This document shows positions 1 through 10,649 of a stretch of DNA of 57,991 nt, piece by piece; position 1 is the first letter of the stretch; the number at the start of each line of letters is the position of its first letter. Where the stretch lies: NCBI GenBank assembly GCA_900128395.1, contig LT649255.1, positions 1 to 57,991 of the forward strand, in the 5' to 3' direction. Position numbers and translations under genes: made by a program. The notes under the pieces are model-generated. The model worked only from the letters and a program-made list of their open reading frames with translations, did not search any database and was not told the DNA's origin. Source of the stretch: Stramenopiles sp. TOSAG23-2 (taxonomy: Eukaryota).

Positions 1-410
1 TTTTTTACAGTAATGGAAAGGTGCTGGTAATCTTCTTGGGTCTTTGAGTACAGGAAAAGGGAGTAAAACACATGTTATACTAAACCATAGGTACTTAGTA
101 TACGAAAATATCGGGAATATCAAGGGATACCCCCTATTAATATTAAGGTATTTTCCCAAATCATACGGATCTTATCAGGCGTGGGTCATATGATATTTAA
201 ATAAATATAAACACTCCTCTTCACCTCTAACTCTTCTGGTATCATACAATCTATACGTTTTCGTAATACGAAAAATGAAAAACTTTCACATCTCAGCAGT
301 ATATTTACCCTTCCATCTATTTTTATTTGCATTAATCTTCTTGTCGAATATTTCAATATTTTTTTGGTGTTGTATCAATAAACAACAAATTATGTAAACC
401 GACGACTGCC

Positions 411-556
411 CACACACATATCTGTATACATTTATTGTTCTTGTGTTTCTTTTGCTACAGCACTGTATAATCCCCATGGATCTCACACACATATCTGTAT
501 ACATTTATTGTTCTTGTGTTTCTTTTGCTACAGCACTGTATAATCCCCATGGATCT
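411..556. repeat. Identical 73-bp tandem duplication (411-483 / 484-556)
   Basis: Direct sequence identity; overlaps the 3' end of the first CDS. Confidence 0.9.
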
Positions 557-1914
557 GCTTTAGGGTGTCCAACAGGTAATATCCATTCATCTTTAACAGT
601 GAAATCGCCTTTCAATTGCGCTTCTGTACATGATTCTGTTTTTAAACGTTTTAAATTTGTTTTTAAATAATCAAAGACTGGATCTGGTGGTGTACCTGGT
701 AAGAATTCATTATCAAACCATTTCATTGGTGGATATGTCATTTGATAGGAAAAGGACCACAAACTTGTACCTAAAAATTGCGTTTCATGCTCTTCACTTA
801 AACAAAACAAACCATTTGTTGCTTTCGTAACAGCAGGATCTGTTAAGACTTTCATCCATGCTTCTACATATTGCAACATAGTAGCATTGTTTGTTAATGG
901 TGTGCATGCTGGACCACAACCTTTACCATGCATTGGTACATATTGTTCATATTCATGACAACTTGCACCAATTGGTAAACCAACCGTAAAATGTCCAGTT
1001 TTACCTAATACAGGGCGCATGTATGTAACTTCTTTACGTAATCTGGATTCAAATTCAGCTGGGCTATTGTACATGAAACCACCATCCTCTGGTTTTGGGT
1101 CTAAATCATACCCGGAAAAGACATAGTAACCATTTGCACCTAATACATCCGTGGTAAACTCTAAACTTTGATCATGTGCAAATGTGAAATAAGATACTGT
1201 ACGTCCTTTTGGATGTTTATCATTTTTACAATTAAATTCACCAGTTTCATCTCTTAAATTTGTTGCAACTTGTTTCACATATTTATTTAACGACGTTTTG
1301 TATGGATCACGGTATGGTTCCAAATCAACTTGTAAACCATCTAAATCATCACATGTCTCGCAATTACAATATAAATGTGCCGTATCATTTGCAAGTCGTA
1401 CAATACCAGCATCAGTTAAATTCCTTAAATCTGGGTAAAAATTACCAAATTTACAACCATCATAGTCGTTGTACGTAGCAATTTGTTCCCATCCATCCAT
1501 ACGTGAATCAATTAAAGAAACAATTGATGTTACTTTTTCTTGTTGCTTGTATACGTGTGCTGCTTTTTGATTGTTTGAATCATAATAAATAGAAACATTA
1601 CATGTTTGTCTATCCATTGATGCTGGTGTCCAACAACCTTCTGGTGTACTTTTACCTGCCCAGAATTCAATATCACCACCATATGAATATACAATGTTAA
1701 TTTCACTACCTTCATCTGCATCTTTGTTATATTCTGCAATTTGTGGTGCCCATCCAGCACGATTGCATGATGGTACAACATCGCATGTGGAACTAGTGCA
1801 ATGCAATGGGCCGTACGTGTATGCAGCATTACCATATTTAAACGGTTCCGCTGCATTTGTTTTTGCAATAAATGCAATAATACAAACAATAACTAATAAT
1901 ATTGTTGTTTTCAT
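505..1914 (-). CDS. Secreted protein, possible GH18-like (chitinase-fold) glycoside hydrolase
   Basis: ORF 505..1965. The likely ATG at 1914 gives a signal peptide (MKTTILLVIVCIIAFIAKTNA). The motif DDLDGLQVDLEP resembles the GH18 DxxDxDxE motif with Q at the middle Asp. Confidence 0.5.
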   Translation of the reverse strand: MKTTILLVIVCIIAFIAKTNAAEPFKYGNAAYTYGPLHCTSSTCDVVPSCNRAGWAPQIAEYNKDADEGSEINIVYSYGGDIEFWAGKSTPEGCWTPASMDRQTCNVSIYYDSNNQKAAHVYKQQEKVTSIVSLIDSRMDGWEQIATYNDYDGCKFGNFYPDLRNLTDAGIVRLANDTAHLYCNCETCDDLDGLQVDLEPYRDPYKTSLNKYVKQVATNLRDETGEFNCKNDKHPKGRTVSYFTFAHDQSLEFTTDVLGANGYYVFSGYDLDPKPEDGGFMYNSPAEFESRLRKEVTYMRPVLGKTGHFTVGLPIGASCHEYEQYVPMHGKGCGPACTPLTNNATMLQYVEAWMKVLTDPAVTKATNGLFCLSEEHETQFLGTSLWSFSYQMTYPPMKWFDNEFLPGTPPDPVFDYLKTNLKRLKTESCTEAQLKGDFTVKDEWILPVGHPKADPWGLYSAVAKETQEQ

Positions 1915-2709
1915 GTTGTTGTTTATTAATGTTTTTATTATCCCTCTCTCTGCGAAACGAAACAAAAAGTAAAAAATAATGAATGAATAAAAGAGTAATA
2001 TATCTATACTATACTAATTGAAATACAATACAAATTTATAGTTTAAAATATATAAAGTGTATGTCTGTATATATATGTAAATGTGATGTATCTCTTCTTT
2101 CAATAAAATATAAATATAGTTTTCTTTATGATGTGCACGTGCATGTGATGAATCGAGTGTGTAGATTCATGTAGTATTATTCTATAGTAATACAATTGTT
2201 TAAATTGTATTACTCGATTTATTTTATATGGAATAACCTTGCCTACCTTTGAGGTTTTGTTGATAAAAAAATAGATGAAATTGTGGTCAAATGCACAAAT
2301 CATTCGATTTTCTGCTGAAAAATTGAAGAAGTGAAAAGAGAAAAGTGAAATACGAAAATACCTATCAAATGTTAATAATTTATAGTTGAAAGGGACTTTA
2401 GAATAATATTAAAAATATCATATTTTCTTTTGCCTTTCGCACCTGTGGTATTAATATAGCATGTAGCATGCGAATATCATTAAAAAAAAATCACTCTTGA
2501 TTATTATATCAACCAAATACCCATCATAGAAATATAGAAATATAGACGACATTAGATATTAGATCATAGATAGATATAGATATAGTGAAAATGAAAATGA
2601 ATATTACACAACATCAATATTTACAGATAACAAAATTTTACGAATAACATAGTCGTCTACAAATACACACACAAAAATATAAGCATAAGCAAGTTTAACA
2701 AATACAAAT

Positions 2710-3582
2710 ATGTCCGTGTTTGATATTAAAGAAGAAGCATTTGAAGTCATCATTGATGGTAAAAAATATGTCGGCCATTTAGCCTACCAAGAACTTTCGC
2801 CAAGACCGTTAGTTCTTATATTCCCAAATGTAGCTGGATTGAAAGGGTTTGACCAGCAAAAGGCATATGAAATGGCAGAATTGGGGTACGTTGGTCTTGC
2901 AGTTGATTTGTATGGTGATCATACTATTCCATTCAAAGATCGTGAAGACGCGTTGGGATCAGCCTTGCCGCAAATCTTTGGGTTTATGAATGAATTATTA
3001 TGTGATAAAGTTGAGTTACATAAAAGAATGAAAGCATTTTTGGATGCAGGTTTAGCACATCCTGCGGTGGATACATCACATGGATGGGCTGCTACAGGAT
3101 ATTGTTTTGGTGGAGCATGTGTTGCAGAATTAGTTCGTGGTGGTGATTTTAATCCACGTGGTGTAGTATCATTCCATGGAACCATTGATGCACAACCTAT
3201 GACACTGGATCCCAGTGTTCCTGCACCAGCCATTAAAACAACAGTGCCAGGAAATTATTCTTCCGATACTAGGGTATTAATTGAAAATGGCGAACAAGAT
3301 CCATTTGTACCTGATGCAATGATCAAAGGTTTTCGTGATGAAATGAATGCAAATGAGGTTATGTACACAATTCATAATTATGCACAAGCTGGGCATGCAT
3401 TTGCAATGCCAGATCATGGTCCTGGACCTGGAATCCCTGGAGTTGGATATCAAGAACGAGCACATCGTTATTCCACACTTGCAATGCGTGATTTTTTTCG
3501 TTATGAAGTCTTTCCAAATGTTGGTCAAAGATTAGTTGGGTTAGATCAATTGCATTACCATGGCTCTATTGCTTCGTTGTAA
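2710..3582 (+). CDS. Dienelactone hydrolase family (alpha/beta hydrolase)
   Basis: GYCFGG nucleophile elbow, GVVSFHG, ENGEQDPFVP (acid), YAQAGHAF (His). Intronless, 290 aa. Confidence 0.9.
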   Translation: MSVFDIKEEAFEVIIDGKKYVGHLAYQELSPRPLVLIFPNVAGLKGFDQQKAYEMAELGYVGLAVDLYGDHTIPFKDREDALGSALPQIFGFMNELLCDKVELHKRMKAFLDAGLAHPAVDTSHGWAATGYCFGGACVAELVRGGDFNPRGVVSFHGTIDAQPMTLDPSVPAPAIKTTVPGNYSSDTRVLIENGEQDPFVPDAMIKGFRDEMNANEVMYTIHNYAQAGHAFAMPDHGPGPGIPGVGYQERAHRYSTLAMRDFFRYEVFPNVGQRLVGLDQLHYHGSIASL

Positions 3583-3817
3583 AAAGATGATATACACGAA
3601 AGTATTAAAAAATGTATATGTGTATATACATGTATATGTATATTATATTAATGAACAAGAAGAAGAAGAACGTGTGGAAATTCTAGTATATTAGTTTTTA
3701 TATTTAATACTCCATGTGATGTCAAGTGTGCATGTACACAAAAGGGTAATATAAAAATGACTATAAACAAAAAAATAATTGAGATATCATAAAGTTTTGA
3801 AATAATATTTTATCATA

Positions 3818-5740
3818 TTGATTTTTGTAAAAATTCTAAAAAAATCATATATTTTATCAATATCGTTGAAGAAAAATTCAAGTGTATTGTACATAGATGT
3901 GGAGCAAGAAAATACAGGCGATCGATGGCGTGGTGAATTTAGTGCGAAATACATCGAGCAAATCACACAAAAAACTGGTAATTTTAAACGTTTTGTAGTA
4001 TTTGCTAAAATGTTAACAGTTGCGTTAGGACAAAAAAGTGAAACAGTATTTGTTGATTTATTAACATATAATGATTTGGAAATGTTGAAAAGTCGCAAAA
4101 CGGGGAAAGGAAATAATATATCTGTCAACGCATCGTTTGGCAGCAATCGTAGCAGCAGCAATAACAAGAAGCGTTATTTAATATTGACCTATGCCGTCGA
4201 ATTTGACCGTGTTCATTACCCGTTACCTTTGGCATTTGAAAAAGAACCAGACGTTGAGTCTTTAAAACGTACAGTGCAACGTTTACGAAAAGATATAGCA
4301 AGGAAAGATAAGATGATGAATGGTACTGCGAAAAAATCTTCCACTGCTGCTAATAATAATAGCAATAATATCATGATGGAAGATTATGAAGGGGATGGCA
4401 ATACAACTGTTATTATTGCAATGAGGGAAGAGTTAGATGCATTACGAAAACAAAATAAAAGATTAAAAAATAGTTCCAAAACTACGACAAATGCACAATA
4501 CGAACGTTTAAAAGAAGATTCAACGTTGGAGATCAAACGTCTTCGTAAAGAATGCAAATCGTTACAAACGCAATTAAATTTAGTTGCAGATGATCGTGAT
4601 AGAATGCGTGGTAGATCAGCTGCTCAAAGTTTGAACCAAAGAAGCAACAACGATGTATCAAGGCAATTAAAGATTGTATCGAAAAAATTAAGAAATGTTG
4701 AAAAAGCATTAGATTCGGAAAAAGCTCAACATAATCGTACGAAACAAAAAGCGCAGAAATATGCGAACAAAGCAAAGGCGGAAGTTAGCCGTTTAAAAGA
4801 TCAAATTAAATCAATGCGAATACAAATACGCGATTTGAAAATATCAAACAAACGCCGTGCAATGGTTTCACGTAGTCCTGGTAATAGAAGTGTTAGAAGT
4901 GTTAGTAGTAACAGAAGCAGAGGTAGAAGTTCAAATATTAACAATAGATCACGCACTTCCATTCGTACGAGTAATTCAAGTATACGTAGCCGTTCCTCGT
5001 TTGGTAGCAGTGCAAGCCGTTCCAGATCTCCTAATATATCTACTAGATCAAGACGAAGCAATAATACATCAGGAAATGTTAGGAAGAAAAGAGTAGTTAA
5101 GAAAAAACCTGCTAATACATCTACTACAACTAGAAGAACAAGGAAAACAACACGTACTCGAGTGAATGTATCAAATAACTCCAACCTGTCCACCGGAAGC
5201 AGAGGTAGTATTCGTAGCAATCGCAGCAATCGCTCGACACGCTCTACAAATAGTGTTAGAAACCGAAGAAAACCATCTCCATACAATAGTGGTTATTCAT
5301 CAGCCGCATCTCAATCAAGTGTTGAAAGTGGAAAAAGAACAAGAATAGCAAAGCGAAAAGTTAGGAAGAAGAAGAAATCTACAGCAAAAACGACAAAACG
5401 TAGAATTACAAATACAAGAAGTCCATCTGCAGAGAGGAGAAAAAAGGAAATGTTACAACGTGATAGAATGACCGTACCGACTAATAATAGTAAGAGGAAA
5501 GCCAATAATAAAACGAAAGCACGGCCACCACTATCATCATCATCAAGTATTAGTAATATTAATGTACCACCAGCACCACAAAGCAAACAACCATCCATCA
5601 TGAAACCACCTGAAAGTCCAGGATTAAACGATACTTCCTTTGATGCCAATACGGAAATGGCTGATATTGATAGACGTTTAAATGCATTACAAGATTTTTT
5701 AAAAGAAGCGAAAAATGGAAATATTAATGTGGAGGAGTAA
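3818..5740 (+). CDS. CCDC61: Coiled-coil domain-containing protein 61 (VFL3), centriole/basal-body protein; true start uncertain
   Basis: N-terminal head with WRGEFSAKYIEQITQKTGNFKRF, VDLLTYNDLE and KRYLILTYAVEFDRVHYPLPL, then coiled coil, Ser/Arg/Lys-rich tail and C-terminal DIDRRLNALQDFL. The ORF begins at TTG, so a short 5' exon may be missing. Confidence 0.9.
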   Translation: MIFVKILKKSYILSISLKKNSSVLYIDVEQENTGDRWRGEFSAKYIEQITQKTGNFKRFVVFAKMLTVALGQKSETVFVDLLTYNDLEMLKSRKTGKGNNISVNASFGSNRSSSNNKKRYLILTYAVEFDRVHYPLPLAFEKEPDVESLKRTVQRLRKDIARKDKMMNGTAKKSSTAANNNSNNIMMEDYEGDGNTTVIIAMREELDALRKQNKRLKNSSKTTTNAQYERLKEDSTLEIKRLRKECKSLQTQLNLVADDRDRMRGRSAAQSLNQRSNNDVSRQLKIVSKKLRNVEKALDSEKAQHNRTKQKAQKYANKAKAEVSRLKDQIKSMRIQIRDLKISNKRRAMVSRSPGNRSVRSVSSNRSRGRSSNINNRSRTSIRTSNSSIRSRSSFGSSASRSRSPNISTRSRRSNNTSGNVRKKRVVKKKPANTSTTTRRTRKTTRTRVNVSNNSNLSTGSRGSIRSNRSNRSTRSTNSVRNRRKPSPYNSGYSSAASQSSVESGKRTRIAKRKVRKKKKSTAKTTKRRITNTRSPSAERRKKEMLQRDRMTVPTNNSKRKANNKTKARPPLSSSSSISNINVPPAPQSKQPSIMKPPESPGLNDTSFDANTEMADIDRRLNALQDFLKEAKNGNINVEE

Positions 5741-6518
5741 AGAAAAGAAGATGAAGTGTGTATGTGTACGTTTAAATGCATTACAAGATTTTTTAAAAGA
5801 AGCGAAAAATGGAAATATTAATGTGGAGGAGTAAAGAAAAGAAGATGAAGTGTGTATGTGTGTTTAATTATTTCGTATTTTTAGAGTGTGCGGGGAGCAA
5901 AATATTTAAAAAAAAAGAGAGATTTGGTATAACAATAATTTAAATAATATATTATTACGAAAAATATATAAAAGTACACCCCGTCTTTTAATTTTATTTC
6001 TACTTGTGTGATTAATTCCTTTACGGCTCTCAAAAGAATAACTTAACCACAAGCCCAATATTAATATATCTATGCATATCGATCTCACAATATGTGTCAA
6101 TAACTCCCGAAACAGGAATTACCGATATGAGGTATTTTATAAATTTTAGTTGTTTTATCAATTTATATTATATTTCTTATATTAACTACGTACATTTTTT
6201 CTTCATTTTATACAAACGTTTGTACACATTTTAAATTAACATATATATATACATAAAATGTTTAAACACAGTGTCATCAGTATCGCATGTGTGGCAGGTA
6301 TTTCACTTTTATTACGAGTATTATTTTCGTGAAAACTTTTATATATATATGTCAATAATTTTGTATAGTGTCTAATGCATAATTTTAATCAGTATCGCAT
6401 GTGTGGCAGGTATTTCACTTTTATTACGAGTATTATTTTCGTGAAAACTTTTATATATATATGTCAATAATTTTGTATAGTGTCTAATGCATAATTTTAT
6501 TTTTTTACATTTTACTTT

Positions 6519-7025
6519 TTATTTTCTTGCATATGCACCTCTTACACTAGCAATTTTTAAACTAGTTTGATTAGCAATGACTTTATTCACTTTTGATGTA
6601 GCATTGCGGTCAACATAATTATTCCATCCTTCGTTATTAAATTTATCATTTGCTCGTTTAACTTTTTCGTTTACAACAGCCATTTTTTTATTTGCGTCGT
6701 TGATATCTAAGTGTCGAACCATACTATCTGAAACTTTTTCAAATTCTGCACGATTTTTCATACAATTTAATTTCCGTTCATTATAATCGTCTATAGCTTG
6801 TTGTGTTGCATAGCCAGGCCACAAGTTTGGATCTCCAGGCCATTTATCACTATTTATTTGCACTTCACATTGACCTTTTCTGTGTGTTTCTTTTCCCCAT
6901 GGTGGTGTATTATCCCACGCATCATTGTAAAACTCTATTGCACCCACTAATTTTTCATGTTGTTCACCCGTCCTCACTTCATTCCACCAATCTGGACAAG
7001 TTGCTTTTGTACCAAAATTCGACAT
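6519..7025 (-). CDS. Hypothetical protein (168 aa)
   Basis: ATG-started ORF with coding-like composition (Trp/Pro-rich N-half, helical C-half). No family recognised. Confidence 0.65.
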   Translation of the reverse strand: MSNFGTKATCPDWWNEVRTGEQHEKLVGAIEFYNDAWDNTPPWGKETHRKGQCEVQINSDKWPGDPNLWPGYATQQAIDDYNERKLNCMKNRAEFEKVSDSMVRHLDINDANKKMAVVNEKVKRANDKFNNEGWNNYVDRNATSKVNKVIANQTSLKIASVRGAYARK

Positions 7026-7038
7026 ATTTCTATTATAT

Positions 7039-7070
<32 letters not shown>

Positions 7071-7156
7071 AACCTTTTAATTTGTATACACACATGCATA
7101 CCCACCAATCTGGACAAGTTGCTTTTGTACCAAAATTCGACATATTTCTATTATAT

Positions 7157-7188
<32 letters not shown>

Positions 7189-7502
7189 AACCTTTTAATT
7201 TGTATACACACATGCATACATACTATATCTATGAACTGTTACTTTCCTTTGATTATTATTGTTGTGCACTTGCCAGGCTTGCCAGCTTGTGTTAGTGTTT
7301 TTGTTGTATAATAAAAAGTAGTAATAATTAATAGACTAGTACCTGGTATAGTACTAGTGAGTAGTAAGTAATATGCCTGGTGCCTGGTATGTACTATAAG
7401 TTAAACACTGTGATCATACTGTTGTGTATATTAAAATGAGGGTGTATTTAAGGTATAATATTCCGTGCTGTGTACAGCCTAATCATATACCATCACATAT
7501 GA

Positions 7503-8111
7503 CAGAGCTGCCAACGTTAGCTAACGTTAGTTAACGTTCAAAGTGCCAAAAAGCAACGACCCACAACGACCCCTAACGACCCCTAACGACCCCTAATAAC
7601 CCCTGAGTATGTAAGGTAAATTTTTGGCAAAAGGTAAAACGTATTTTAATTGACCAAATTCGGCTATTTTTCTCCCCTATGCGGGGTCGTTTTATAAATC
7701 CACCTTATATTTGTATACTAATATGTAAAGTTAAATTTTAGAGATCTTTACCTTATGTAAAAATCGCAAAATAATTTATATGATCTTAGTGCTATTTTAA
7801 TCCAAATATAAAAAAAATATCTTTTCATGAAAATGATTTTATAACTATGAATAAATTAATTATGTGGAAATGTTTTAAGGTTTTAGATATTTTTCAATTT
7901 TTTCTGGAATTTCCGTTTTGGAGGTTAGGGGTCGTTAGGGATCGTTACCGGCTATTTATATTAAGGGTCGTTTTGAGTCGTTTGGGGTCGTTTGGGGTCG
8001 TTTAAAAATAATACAGGTAAATATCATGGGGGTCGTTTGCAGACAACGAACGACCCCCATTTGGAAAAAGCAACATCCTAACGTCAAAATGTGCTAACGT
8101 TGGCAGCTCTG
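7503..8111. mobile_element. Non-autonomous TIR DNA transposon (MITE), hAT-like, 609 bp
   Basis: Perfect 19-bp TIRs CAGAGCTGCCAACGTTAGC (7503-7521) and GCTAACGTTGGCAGCTCTG (8093-8111). 8-bp target-site duplication ACATATGA at 7495-7502 and 8112-8119. Inverted subterminal repeats AACGACCCC / GGGGTCGTT. No transposase ORF. Confidence 0.88.
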
Positions 8112-8456
8112 ACATATGAACTTCACATTTATTACACTTATCCGTTTTCAATCCCCCGCTCTTAATTCTTCCATCATTCATCAAAAAAGATCCATTTGGA
8201 AAAAGCAACATCCTAACGTCAAAATGTGCTAACGTTGGCAGCTCTGACATATGAACTTCACATTTATTACACTTATCCGTTTTCAATCCCCCGCTCTTAA
8301 TTCTTCCATCATTCATCAAAAAAGATAGAAAAAAAAGAAAATGAATAAAATCCAAAATGGATAAATCGATGTAAGGAATGGAAGATACTTATACTAAATA
8401 TATAAAGTTGGACATACATTACAAATATCCAAAATAATACCACAATAAGCAAGAAA

Positions 8457-9623
8457 ATGTCTGCGCGCCTGTCGAATACACAAAATTCTGCACGCGATTC
8501 TGCACGTTTAGCACGTTCAACATCCGTACCAGCATTTTCATCACGTGGTGCACAATTATCAGCTAGATATTCTGCTAGAAAATCTGCACGGCAACAAAAA
8601 TCAGCACGTAGTAATAAAAGTTTGACACTTCAAAATTCTGCACGAAGTTCGTTAAATACAACAAGGAGTGCTTCGTTGCGTGTAACATTAGGTTACACGG
8701 AGCGTAGGCCAAATGGCCAGAAACCCGCCGAAATTGATCCATTATGGTGGTATAATCCACAAAGGAGTAAAAAAGCACCATTGAAATCAACATTTATTGA
8801 TCCAGATCAAACAGCAAAATTAAATAATCATAAAACGAGGACCCAATTAAAACGCACAATACGACAAAGCACGATACCACACATTTCGTACGATATTGAT
8901 GGAGATGGGGTTGTAAATCAAAGCGATATGCAAGTAGCAAGATGGATCGATGTAAATGGTAAAGGTACACTAACATATGATGAACGTGAAGAAGGTCAAC
9001 AATTATTAGCAAAACATTTTTTAGAATATAATAAAGGACAAAGATGGCTAAAACATGTTGCACCACAATTTTGTGGAGACGATATCCAACAAGCAGCATT
9101 GGATGTTGCAAATTCAAAAGATTTTGCACGTACTATGTTTATGTTACGCCAAGCATCTAAGCCAGGTAATGGACGTGCCGGCAGAGGTGCAATGGCATGT
9201 TTAGATGAAGCATATAAGAATGGATGGGGTCCATCACCAGGCGATAATGATCCATTAGTAAAAACTTTAGTACCAACAGCACGTGGTACAGGCGGTATGA
9301 GACGTGCAAAAAGTCGCAGCGAGTTATTTAAAAGTAGGAAAGATGGTAATTTAAAATTAGCATCAACATATGAACCATATAAAGGCGATGTTCCTGATAG
9401 TAAATTCCGTCGTGTTACTTTAATGACATCTCCAAAAGCGTGGAATCGAACTAATAATACAACAAAGCAACTATGTTCAAGCATTTATCAAGCAGAGAAA
9501 AATATTTTATTACAGAAAACATTGGAACAAAATGGAAATAAAGAATTGGAAACATCAACTGCAAGAGAGAGAAGATTAAGACCAAAAATACATATTAAAT
9601 TTCCAGAACCAGAAGTCGGTTAA
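8457..9623 (+). CDS. EF-hand-containing basic protein
   Basis: Paired EF-hand loops YDIDGDGVVNQSD and IDVNGKGTLTYDE, with an N-terminus rich in SAR repeats. Confidence 0.75.
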   Translation: MSARLSNTQNSARDSARLARSTSVPAFSSRGAQLSARYSARKSARQQKSARSNKSLTLQNSARSSLNTTRSASLRVTLGYTERRPNGQKPAEIDPLWWYNPQRSKKAPLKSTFIDPDQTAKLNNHKTRTQLKRTIRQSTIPHISYDIDGDGVVNQSDMQVARWIDVNGKGTLTYDEREEGQQLLAKHFLEYNKGQRWLKHVAPQFCGDDIQQAALDVANSKDFARTMFMLRQASKPGNGRAGRGAMACLDEAYKNGWGPSPGDNDPLVKTLVPTARGTGGMRRAKSRSELFKSRKDGNLKLASTYEPYKGDVPDSKFRRVTLMTSPKAWNRTNNTTKQLCSSIYQAEKNILLQKTLEQNGNKELETSTARERRLRPKIHIKFPEPEVG

Positions 9624-10052
9624 AAATTTTATAATATAATATGTATTTTTGTGTGCGTGTATAATATATATATATTATACGAGTATATGCGTGTAATTAA
9701 ATTGAGATGAAAGTGTAATTTTTCTCAAAACAAATTGTGTAAAAAAAATATTCGTATGATATGATAAAATTTTTATTATTTAAAAAATTACGAATATAAT
9801 AAAAAAAAATATTTATTTTGATTTAATATTAAAATTATCAAATGCCCATAATATTTTTATCAACATTCATTTAATCATTTGTAATAAATATATTACATTC
9901 ACAATTAAATAATTTTTTTTAAAAAAAATAAATTTTACTAAGATCAATGATTATGAGATATACGACGCGTATCATATAAAAAATAAATACACTCTCCTCC
10001 TTTCTTAATCCTTTTAAAGACACACGATGTATGCATTAATACTTCGTAATAT

Positions 10053-10649
10053 TTACAGCTCCCAAAATTTTTGTGTAGCAGCAATACAAAATTCAGCAAA
10101 ATTACTTGGTGATAAATAACGTCGAATGGATGATTGTGAAAGCCAGCGAGTTATAGACATTGGAAAACCAAGCTGATGGCTTAAACGGGGGAGTCTGTTC
10201 ATTGCATGTTGCCTTGCATGAGTGTCCATTTTTTCATACCCAGATGTCACTGCATAACACGATGCTAAAATTCCATCAACCATAATTGTACCAGAATACG
10301 TGTAAGGGCTGTAATGTTTTGAATGAAATTCTTTTGAAATACTCAAAACTTTCGACAATCCAGTTTCAGTTATCAAATGCATTTTTTCTGGCTCGATATA
10401 TTCAGCTTCGATAAAACTGCCATTACCAATTTGGATCATATGCGATGTAGATAAGGTTATATTATATCCATTTTCTGTCTTAATTGACACATACATTTGA
10501 TTGCTTAAATGACGATGATTGTATGCCATATCATGGTAGTAAACTGAAAATGTTGTTGGTGAATCTTGAACAATATCACCGAACTTTAATTCATCCAAAC
10601 GTTTTCTCATGTTGCCTTTTAACATAACAGTGCTATGTGGAGGGAAACA
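10053..10649 (-). other. Hedgehog-type Hint + SRR (Hog) autoprocessing domain of the giant protein
   Basis: Starts AP|CFPP (Cys codon 10647-10649). Block B LSTSHMI, block F YSPYTYSGTIMVDGILASCYA, followed by the SRR-like HARQHAMNRLPRL. Confidence 0.9.

Noticed and set aside
4801-5781. Long antisense Leu-rich ORFs (also at 22308, 34689, 2919)
   Set aside because: Shadows of low-complexity or codon-biased sense genes.
7553-7603. AACGACCCCT tandem units as a CRISPR array or telomeric repeat
   Set aside because: 10-bp units without spacers, mirrored at the other end of the element: these are subterminal repeats of the MITE.
8002-8355. 117-aa ORF with an internal repeat
   Set aside because: Created by the 135-bp duplication and the MITE end; no protein-like features.
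10053-10649. Hint domain as a mobile intein
   Set aside because: No C-terminal HN plus C-extein and no homing endonuclease. It ends in ASCYA plus an SRR-like tail, which is the Hedgehog-type arrangement.
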